This document shows, piece after piece, positions 50,689 through 60,253 of a stretch of DNA of 64,000 nucleotides. Origin of the DNA: Dendrobates tinctorius (taxonomy: Eukaryota). Made by a program: the position numbers and the translations under genes. The notes under the pieces were generated by a model, which saw only the letters and a list, made by a program, of their open reading frames with translations, searched no databases and had not been told where the DNA came from. The number at the start of each line of letters is the position of its first letter. Positions within the stretch are counted from its first letter, which is position 1. Location of the stretch: positions 32,984,001 through 33,048,000 of the forward strand of contig NW_027361738.1 in NCBI RefSeq assembly GCF_039654945.1. Direction: 5' to 3'.

Positions 50689-53414
50689 GGCTGTGTTCAC
50701 ACACAGCTTTTTTTTGCGGATTTACATCAAAAATGGCTTAAAAGAAGCTTCCTATTCATTTTAACGCATTTTCCACCTTTTGTGCATATTGATGCATTTT
50801 TTACCGCGAAAAAAGGAGATTTTTGTGTTCTCACCGTAAAATCTCTTTCTCTTAGCCTCTAATTGGGGGACACAGAACCATGGGTGTTATGCTGCTGTCC
50901 ACTAGGAGGCGACACTATGCATAATCTGAAAAAGATTAACTTTGGCTCCTCCTCTGCAGTATACACCCCTGGACGGCGTCAGACTTCTCCAGTTTTGTGC
51001 AAAAGCATTAGGAGGAACGTAACCATATAACATAACCATGCCTGTAAGAAGGCTACTATGTACGAGCTCAAAGAAAAATATGAGAACTCAACCGTAAACA
51101 ACGGCCCATAAGGGCAACAGGGTGGGAGCTGTGTCCCCCAATTAGAGGCTAAGAGAAAGATTTTACGGTGAGTACACAAAAATCTCCTTTACTCTGTCGC
51201 CTCATTGGGGGACACAGAACCATGTGACGCCCCAAAGCAGTCCCTGGGTGGGAAGCAATGGACGAATAATGTGCTAGCAGGTCCCTAAATTTGGGGCACT
51301 GCCGCCTGCAGAACCAGTCTACCCAGGCTCGCATCCGCTGAGGACTGGGTATGTGCCGAAGCCTGATGTCGAATGGCCCAGGAGGCCCCTACTGCCCGTG
51401 TAGAGTGTGCCGTGATACCGGCCGGAAGAGGGGAACTGTTAATTCGGTAGGCCTCATGTATGGTGGACTTGATCCACCTGGCAAGGGTAGCCTTGGAAGC
51501 CGGCAGTCCCTTGCGACTACCTTCTGGAAGAATGAAGAGGGAATCAGACTTCTGGAAAGGTGCAGTCCTGGACACGTAAATCCGCAATGCTCTGACGAGG
51601 TCAAGCGTATGCAGAGCCTTCTCCACTCTATGAACCGGAACCGGGCAAAGGGATGGCAGTGAAATCTCCTCATTGAGGTGAAAGTTGGACACAACCATCG
51701 GAAGGAAGGATGGTACCGTGCGGAGAACCACCTTGTCCTGGTGAAAGGCTAGGAAAGGCCGTCTGCAGGAAAGTGCTGACAATTCCGACACTCTGCGTAA
51801 CGAGGTGATCGCCACTAGAAAAACCACTTTCTGAGACAGAATGGAGAGTGGAACTCCTCTAAGAGGTTCGAAGGGTGGAGCTTGCATTGCTGTCAGGACC
51901 AGATTGAGGTCCCACGTATCCAGCGGACGTTTGTAGGGAGGAACCAATCGGGAAACTCCCTGGATGAAAGTCCTTACTTGCGGTTTAATAGCAATGCGCT
52001 TTTGAAAAAGGACTGAAAGCGCCGACACCTGACTCTTAAGCGAGCCTAAGGATAGCTTGGCGTCTAGGCCCGATTGAAGAAAACCTAGTACCTTCGGGAG
52101 GGAATAAGGGAGTGAGACTTGTCCATGAGATTCGCACCAATTAAAGAAAGCTCTCCAGGTACGATAATAGATCTTGGCGGAGGCAGGCTTCCTTGCCCTG
52201 ATCATGGTGGCAATGACTGCCGGTGAAAAACCTGCCTGGGTTAGAATCCAGGTTTCAAGGGCCATGCCGTCAAATTGAGAGCCCCTGAATTCTGATGGAA
52301 GAACGGACCTTGAGACAGAAGGTCGTGACGGTCGGGTAGACGCCAGGGAACGTCTGCTGTAAATTGAACGATGTCGGCGTACCGTGTACGTCTGGGCCAG
52401 TCTGGCGTGATGAGGATGGTTGGAACTCCCTCTTGCTTGATCTTCCTCACGACCCTGGAGATTAGGGGGAGGGGTGGAAAAATGTACAGGAGTCGGAACT
52501 GGGACCAGTCCTGGACCAGGGCATCCGCTCCGAGCGACCGCGGGTCGTGTGTCCTGGCCATGAAATTGGGGACCTTGGTATTGAGATGGGATGCCATTAG
52601 GTCCACCTCCAGGGTTCCCCAGCATTGACAGATGTGGTAAAAAATCTCGGGATGGAGAGACCACTCCCCCGAGTCCATTCCTTGCCTGCTGAGGAAGTCT
52701 GCTTCCCAGTTTTCTACACCCGGAATGTGGACCGCAGAAAGTACCGACCTCGTGTCTTCCGCCCAGCGGAGGATATGCGCCACTTCTCTCATCGCCTGGG
52801 CGCTGCGGGTCCAGACTTGGTGGTTCACGTATGCCACAGCCGTGGCATTGTCCGACTGTATCCGCATGTGCGAGGCTGCAAGCAAGTGATGAAAGGCTCT
52901 CAGTGCCAAGAGGATGGCCCTGATTTCCAGAATATTGATGGGCAATGTCACTTCCCTCGGTGACCACTTGCCTTGTGCCCTGTGATGTAGGTGCAGATTT
53001 GAGTAGAACCCTCGGAATCTCTCGTTCGCGGGAACCGGCACCACAACTCCTTGCGACACTAAGCAAAAACTGGAGAAGGCTGACGCCGTCCACGGGTGTA
53101 TACTGCAGAGGAGGAGCCAAAGTTAATCTTTTTCAGATTATGCATAGTGTCGCCTCCTAGTGGACAGCAGCATAACACCCATGGTTCTGTGTCCCCCAAT
53201 GAGGCGACAGAGTAAAACGCTTTGAGGTAAAAACGCAGCACGCTCATTAATTTTGCGGAAAATTCCGCATTTCTGGCTATTTTGTGTGTGTCTGGGGACG
53301 CGCGGGAAAAAAACGCATAAAAAACGCGCAGAAAACGCACGAAAAAAAAGCGTGTTTTCTGGGAAGGAGTCCAGTTTTTATGCAGAAATTTTCTGCATAC
53401 GTGTGCACATAGCC
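50689..53414. mobile_element. Harbinger-like MITE split by the deleted DIRS
   Basis: TAA-GGCTGTGTTCACAC ... GTGTGCACATAGCC-TAA. Confidence 0.8.
50812..53215 (-). mobile_element. Internally deleted DIRS (family A) retaining both ITRs and the ICR
   Basis: Termini and ICR (~51130-51223) complete. Leader, gag and most of RT lost at junctions ~53050 and ~52995; a further deletion at ~51353 removes the YR catalytic Tyr region. Confidence 0.93.
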
Positions 53415-53848
53415 TAAAGGTCGATGTATAAACAGAGAAGAGAGCCAGCTTAGTAATTGAAATGAGCAGTCAGCCTTCACATGTAGCTCTAATATCGGAT
53501 GACGTGCTGACAAAGTGCACGTGCATGCAGTTGCGCTTCCAAACTTGTCAAGTGCTGACAGCTGAAGATCAGCCGTCCGAAAAAATATAACAATTAGGAT
53601 TTTTTTTCCCAGAATTTTATTCTGAAAATATCTGGAAATTGTATGAAAGTGGATGGCCAGTGACTATTACTCAGCCCTGACATCTACAGGATCGCTGTAA
53701 AGCTTATTGACCACGATGAATGTTGAACACTTCCGATAATGGATTTCCTACAGTGGTGTTATGGTAGCGGTAAGCTTAGGTGTTTGATCTATTGTTCTGA
53801 TGCCTGTAATTACAGTGTAAGGAGGCAAGTAGCAGATTCTACAAATTA

Positions 53849-56037
53849 CCGTATATACTCGTGTATGAGCCGAAATTTTCAGCACCTTTTTTTGTGCTGA
53901 AAATGCCCCCTCGGCTTAAGCCCCCGTTACATGTACCGATGTCCCAGCGATCCCACCAACGGTTCGACATGATGGGATCACTGGGACATTGTTAGACAGC
54001 CCCACCAGCGATCAGGATCAGCGACACTGGTTTCCAAGGAAAAATCGGTTATCTAAGAGCCACGCGACTCCGGGATAACCGCTGTTTACCTTGGAAACCA
54101 GCGTGTACGCCGCGCTCCTGGTTACCCAATGTTTACATTAGAAACCAGTGTCCAGCGTTGCTGATCGCTGGTCTCTGGCTGCCACATGCAGTGATGAGCG
54201 CTGGCCAGCAATAACCGGAAGGGGGGCCGGTCGCTGATCCCCATCACACACAGCGATCTCGCTGGCGAAATCACTGTAGCGTCACAAAATCAGCGATCTC
54301 GTGTGTGACGGGCCTTTATACACGAGTAATTGTGCAGAAACCAGCGGGGGAGGGGGAGCGGCGGCAGGAGCCGGTGGCTGGGACATCATACTCCTCTCCT
54401 GTGCCATCACTGAACGTCCCCTGCATCCTCTGTTGTCCAGTGGTAGCTTCTTCCTGTGTTGAGCGGTCCCATGGTACCGCTTGTTAAGGACATGAATATG
54501 GACACAACTCCACTCCCATAGGCGTGGGGTCCATATTAATGACCTTAATGAGCGGTACCATGTGACCGCTCAACACAGGAAGAAGCTGCCAGCCCTGGGA
54601 CAACGGAGGATGCAGGGGACGTTCAGCGATTGCACAGGAGGGTGAGTATGATGGAGCAGGATGGGGGGGGACACAGAGCAGGATGGGGGGGGACACAGAG
54701 CAGGATGGGGGGGGGGACACAGAGCAGGACGGGGGGGGGACACAGAGCAGGACGGGGGGGGGGACACAGAGCAGGATGGGGGGGGGACACAGAGCAGGAT
54801 GGGGGGGGGACACAGAGCAGGATGGGGGGGGACACAGAGCAGGATGGGGGGGGACACAGAGCAGGATGGGGGGGGACACAGAGCAGGATGGGGGGGACAC
54901 AGAGCAGGACGGGGGGGACACAGAGCAGGACGGGGGGGCACAGAGCAGGACGGGGGGGCACAGAGCAGGACGGGGGGCACAGAGCAGGACGGGGGGGGCA
55001 CAGAGCAGGACGGGGGGGCACAGAGCAGGACGGGGGGGCACAGAGCAGGACGGGGGGGGCAAAGAGCAGGACGAGGGGGCACAGAGCAGAACGGGGGGGC
55101 ACAGAGCAGGACGGGGGGGCACAGAGCAGAACGGGGGGCACAGAGCAGAACGGGGGGCACAGAGCAGAACGGGGGGGCACAGAGCAGAACGGGGGGGCAC
55201 AGAGCAGAACGGGGGGGCACAGAGCAGAACGGGGGGGCACAGAGCAGAACGGGGGGGCACAGAGCAGAACGGGGGGGCACAGAGCAGAACGGGGGGGCAC
55301 AGAGCAGAACGGGGGGGCACAGAGCAGAACGGGGGGCACAGAGCAGAACGGGGGGCACAGAGCAGAACGGGGGGCACAGAGCAGAACGGGGGGCACAGAG
55401 CAGAACGGGGGGCACAGAGCAGAACGGGGGGCACAGAGCAGAACGGGGGGCACAGAGCAGAATGGGGGGCACAGAGCAGAATGGGGGGCACAGAGCAGAA
55501 TGGGGGGCACAGAGCAGAACGGGGGGCACAGAGCAGAACGGGGGGCACAGAGCAGAACGGGGGGCACAGAGCAGAATGGGGGGCACAGAGCAGAATGGGG
55601 GGCACAGAGCAGAATGGGGGGCACAGAGCAGAATGGGGGGCACAGAGCAGGATGGGAGGCACAGAGCAGGATGGGAGGCACAGAGCAGGATGGGAGGCAC
55701 AGAGCAGGATGGGAGGCACAGAGCAGGATGGGAGGCACAGAGCAGGATGGGAGGCACAGAGCGGCACACAGGACGGGGGAAGCACACAGCAGGACGGGGG
55801 GAGCACACAGCAGGACAGGGGGAGCACAGAGGAGCATGGGGGAGGACAGGGAGCAGAGCCATACATAGAAGGATGGGATGGGGGAGCCAAGGCATGCATA
55901 CTGGGAGGGGGGAGAGCCACTCAGAGCAGGACAGGGATGAGGGAACAATAAATACCCGGCTCATACTCGAGTCAATAAGCTTACCCAGTTTTCCGTGGCA
56001 AAATTAGGGGCTTCGGCTTATACTCGAATATATATGG
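53849..56037. mobile_element. Tc2/pogo-like non-autonomous DNA transposon carrying a nested MITE (~53919-54314) and a minisatellite
   Basis: TA-CCGTATATACTCGTGTATGAGCCGA ... TCGGCTTATACTCGAATATATATGG-TA. Confidence 0.78.
54653..55850. repeat. G-rich minisatellite, ~19-23 bp unit CACAGAGCAG(G/A)A(C/T)G(n)
   Basis: Roughly 55-60 tandem units visible; source of the long low-complexity ORFs in all six frames. Confidence 0.97.
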
Positions 56038-56164
56038 TATTGATGTTCTTCATTCGGATAAAGGAGGTGGTCTGAGAAGCGAGCTTTTACCAATTAATTT
56101 TTCCAACCACCAATGTTTTAAATCCCCCCACTCCCTACAAATGTGTGAAAAAGTGTGTACAAAC

Positions 56165-56329
56165 CTTAAAGATAAGCTGAGAATAGTAATCAGATACGCC
56201 ATCAAGAGAAGCACAGCCGAAGGATCCCAGCAGCCGACTCCCAGCACTCATCGGGCCAGTTCCATAAGGGAGAAATTGTGCAAAATTGATTCCAACTATT
56301 GGCTCAATTAGTGGAAGCAGGGAAAGCTG
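56165..56329 (-). CDS. KMT2C: KMT2C cassette-type exon (not in the ORF track)
   Basis: QLSLLPLIEPIVGINFAQFLPYGTG..LLGSFGCASLDGVSDYYSQLIFK; 165 nt, phase 0/0; tagCAG acceptor, gtttgt donor. Confidence 0.92.
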
Positions 56330-56440
56330 CTAAAGAAATTAATAAAATGTTTATTGGTGAAGCAGTAATACTCAAGTCATCAAAAATAAAATTCATCATG
56401 TTTTTAGAACATTGTAAATGGCGTTGCTGGGATTAGTTAC

Positions 56441-56653
56441 CTGCTTTATTTGGCTGAAGGTCTCGGAGTTAGAAAATATGGCTGTCTTCGGCTCTTCCTC
56501 CTTCTTCCTTTTCTTAGAACGAGGAGCTGGCTTCTCTGCCGTCCTCTGTACCCGCTTGTTTCTTGGTTTCTTCTTCTCAATTTCAAAATCCGGTCTTGGA
56601 AGCAAGTTCTGGTTGACATTAAAGCTGACCAGCTCTTTGTTGTCTGGGAAATG
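56441..56653 (-). CDS. KMT2C: KMT2C exon
   Basis: HFPDNKE..KKKPRNKRVQRTAEKPAPRSKKRKKEEE..FSQIKQ; ttgtag / gtaact; 213 nt. Confidence 0.94.
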
Positions 56654-57204
56654 CTACAAAACACAAAGCGGGGCATTTAGTATAGAGGTCTTGTGCGGAA
56701 AACTAGACCTGGCAGAAGAGGAGCTCCATTATTCAGGTTTGTGCCAGCGGTATGATAAAACTGGTGCATCTCGCTACACATAGGACACGTCCTTACTTAA
56801 CCCCTTGGTTGGCTTACTCTACACTTGGCCCCTTCACACACACATTAGCTGAGCATTACGCCAGATTCTACAGTCTAGCGAATCACAGTAAATCCATACA
56901 AGGCATGTACTCCGGCAAACTGAACCACAATTCGAACCCATTTCGGCCTTCTTCACATTATGTTTCACCCCACAACTGGGGTTGTCAGGGTTTCTGTCTG
57001 AAATAAATTTGCGGAATTGAATTTATTTTTTTTTAGCAATTTCACTGCACTTGGAATTTTTTTCCTTATTTCCAGTACTTTAATGAAATGAATGAGGTAA
57101 TTCAAAAGTACAACTTGTTCAGCAAAAAACAAGCCCTCAATGAAGTTATAGCTTTTGTATGAAGGGGAAGAAAAAAAAAAAGCTCGAGAACGCAAAATTG
57201 CTAA

Positions 57205-57668
57205 GGCCGGTTTCACACTAGCGCTTTTTCAGCGCGCGCACGGCCGGGGGTAGCTCCGCCCCCGAGCCGGCTCTCTGCCCGGCGTGCCCGCCCCTTCCTT
57301 GTAGCGCCGCCTCCTAGCGGACAGCGGCGCCTGCGATCGGCGCACCCTATCTTTAGCATAGGGTGCGCCGATCGTGCGCAGGCCGTGCGCTAGTTGCGCT
57401 TTGACCTGCGCTGTGCACTTTTGACGGTGCGCCGTGCGCGCCAAAATCCGAAAAGTTTGATTTTGGCGCGCACGGCGCACCGTCAAAAGTGCGCAGCGCA
57501 GGTCAAAGCGCAACTAGCGCACGGCCTGCGCACGATCGGCGCACCCTATGCTAAAGATAGGGTGCGCCGATCGCAGGCGCCGCTGTCCGCTAGGAGGCGG
57601 CGCTACAAGGAAGGGGCAGGCACGCCGGGCAGAGAGCCGGCTCGGGGGCGGAGCTACCCCCGGCCGTG
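57205..57668. mobile_element. Harbinger-like MITE consisting of a near-perfect ~430-bp GC-rich palindrome
   Basis: Left TIR TAA-GGCCGGTTTCACACTAGCG; 57239-57668 is self-complementary around ~57453; right TIR missing. Confidence 0.8.
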
Positions 57669-58137
57669 GTCTGACACGGGGTAACGATCAAGCTCAACCT
57701 TCGATAAGCCATCTGCCTGATCAAACAGTACTGCACTTCTGTCCAATGGTGCAAAAATAGCAAAAAAATCACTGAATCTTGGGGGAGGTGAGTAAGCCAG
57801 CTGGAACAGACCCTCTTTTTACACAGGACCACAATATTACTCACTTTTCTATTTTAGCTTACATAATGACCTATTAGCCAATTTTTAATTAATAAAAAAA
57901 GCTAGAGGGGATTTTGCTTCAAATCTGCACAGCAGTCATGGATATTGCTCCAGATTTCGTGCTATGTAAGGCTGTTGGAGTTTCATGCAAAGTTAGTAAG
58001 TGGACGACATTTGGTCAAATAATTTTTGCATTGCTGGCACACCAGAAATCTGCGAGCGTTCTGCCCAGAAAACAGGAGCATGTCCCACCTCATGAGGAAA
58101 CATCCTTACACTAGGTTGATACCACAGCTCAACTCAC

Positions 58138-59673
58138 CAGTGCATTATCCTGTCTTCCTGTGGACTTCAAATCGAAGGGACCATCTTCAATTGACTGTAA
58201 ACGTTCCTCAGAGTTTTGAGGCAACAGGACCGGTTGTTTCTTGTTTTTGAGCAAGTGTTTTAGTAACTCATTTCCAGATTCCAGTTTTCCTGAGGGGCCG
58301 GAGGCAGTGAGAGAGGTTATTTCTGTGGAAAGTGCAATGTGCGATGTGGCTTTATCATCTTCATCAGTCTTAAGCCCGACTGATGGTTGCTTTACTTTAG
58401 AGTCAGATTCCTCTGGAGATTGATCTCCTTCCACCTGCTCCAGTTTAATTTCCTGAATAGTAAGGTTGTCCTTGGTGTGCGGATGACTGTCCTCTTGGTC
58501 TAGTCTGGGTTCCTGAAGTATCTGATTCACATCTTTAGGGAGAAGCGGCCCTTCAGTATTTACAGAGCTACTGTTTGCTGTGTTGGGTGTTGAGGAACGT
58601 ACTAAGTCAGCCACATGTTCTCCTTGAAGATCATTCATGACACTGACTGTTGGGGTTGATGCTTCTGAGATACTTGGCGTTAGTGGAGCAGTAGAATCAG
58701 ATCGTGGCGTTGATGGAGGTGATTTTAAAGAATCGGAGTCTTCCTCCTTTTTCTTCTTTCGCTGTCTTTTCTTTTTTCCTTTTTCTTCTGGAATGATATC
58801 AGAATATACCTGTATGAGGGACTGGCTCGGACTCTGGAAGTTTGTGGAACTTGCAGGCCTGTCCAGTCCACAAGGGTTTCCATTGTTAGCAACAGGTGAC
58901 GAGTTGGAGACATTTGGCATTAAGGGGGTATGTGGAAATCCAGTCTGATTTTCTTGTCCATATGGGGAAAGTTCTAAAGATCTTTTATCAGGGTTTTGCA
59001 CAAAAGGTGCAGCAGGGGGAGAATTACCTACATTTGGATGGGTCACTCCATGTACCATTTGAGATTGCTCTTGAGTAGACTGTTCAAGAAAGTCATTGGG
59101 CAAGTCAGAACTGAAGAAAGTCATTTGTGACAAAGGTCTATTATTGGTGTCCGGACCAACTACGCCATGTTGCTCCATTTCTAGCCTTTGCTGCAATGCT
59201 CTCTGACGATCCACCTCCTGCATGAGTTGAATTCTTTGCCGTTCCTGTTGTTCCCGCAATCGTTCTTTCCTTTCCCTCTCTTGGAACGTTTCGCTGAAGG
59301 GGTTGTTGTCATGAAACTCAACCCTAGGTGGGGCATTGGGGTTTACCACAGCAGCAGCACTGGTTACTTCAGTACTGACAGGACGTGGCATCTTAGGTGG
59401 ATTTACTGGTGTGGCACCTCTAGGCGGGGGCTGCCACCCTTGCATGTTTGGCATCCTCGGCTGATTGGGTTGGCCTGATGTCATAGGCCCTGGAGGGTGC
59501 AGTGCTTGTGGAACAGGAAAGCCAGGTGCATTCATTGGTGGCGGTCCTCCCCCTGTCATCATCGCTTGCGGTGGCAGGACTCCAGGCATTAAAGGTGCTA
59601 CTGAAAACTGCTGCTGCTGCTTATTTCGGTATTCTTCAATAAGCTCTGTATGTTCTTTCTGCTGTTTTCGTAT
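58138..59673 (-). CDS. KMT2C: KMT2C large exon (Q/P-rich, coiled coil, LxxLL)
   Basis: IRKQQKEHTELIEEYR..NNPFSETFQERERKERLREQQERQRIQLMQEVDRQRALQQR..GNELLKHLLKNKK; gatag / gtgagt; 1536 nt. Confidence 0.96.
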
Positions 59674-60070
59674 CTATCAGAGAGTAAATAAATTATATTG
59701 TCAAAGCAAATAAGAGTCACATTAAAATAAGTCACCACTAGCTACTTAAAAGCAAAAGTGTGTTACATGGGTTTGTACAGGTCTGTTCACATAATATTCA
59801 TTTATGTGTAGGATGTGTGCTAGGAAAGTGAGATACATGACAAATGTGTCAATATGGCACCTTTTTCAAATGGAGGATAAAAATGTGTGCAAAATCTTGG
59901 CATCTGTGTCATAATGTGTCAGAAAAAAAGCATGGAACAACATAAGACTATGCTATGTTCATTCAGTGAAGGCCAGTAAAAAAATGTGAGCCTGCTGGTG
60001 ACTTATGCAACTACACGGTATCTGATAAAAGTATATGTAACCAGCTCTTCAATAAATTTTTCATGACTTA

Positions 60071-60252
60071 GGCTGGTTTCACACTAGCGTTTTTTAGCGC
60101 AGCGCATAGTGCGCGTACATGCACATGCGTCCTGAGCCCCTATCTTTAACATGGGTGTGCATGGTCTAGCGTTTGCGTTGTGTTTTTTTTGTAGTGTGCG
60201 CCTAGGCGCTCCGGACGCACCCTGTTGCATTTTTTGTGCGTCAAACCTGTCA
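60071..60252. mobile_element. Left half of a Harbinger-like MITE interrupted by DIRS
   Basis: TTA-GGCTGGTTTCACACTAGCG, same TIR family as 57205 and 38755. Confidence 0.7.
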
Positions 60253-60253
60253 A

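Noticed and set aside
51168-51217. GT..AG mini-intron within the ICR on the + strand
   Set aside because: Only ~50 nt, below the usual vertebrate minimum intron size; treated as the stored copy of the termini.
53040-53060. Large DIRS deletion as a spliced-out (GC-AG) intron
   Set aside because: The donor would be AG|GCACAC, far from consensus; the 5-bp microhomology explains it more simply.
51285-53120. 611-aa ORF that looks like an intact recombinase gene
   Set aside because: A chimera created by deletions: it starts inside the ITR and lacks the catalytic Trp/Tyr segment.
53659-53674. AGTGACTATTACTCAG on the + strand resembling the KMT2C SDYYS peptide
   Set aside because: Wrong strand and no flanking similarity; the real exon is at 56165-56329.
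54653-55850. CRISPR-like regular repeat array
   Set aside because: Head-to-tail tandem units without unique spacers, no cas genes, eukaryotic context.
54484-56007. Six long ORFs (412-478 aa) rich in Cys/Pro or Gly/Arg
   Set aside because: They are translations of a stop-free minisatellite, open in all six frames; not genes.
57229-57684. GC-rich structured region suggesting an RNA gene or CpG-island promoter, with twin ORFs
   Set aside because: Explained by a palindromic MITE with a Harbinger-type TIR; no tRNA or rRNA features.
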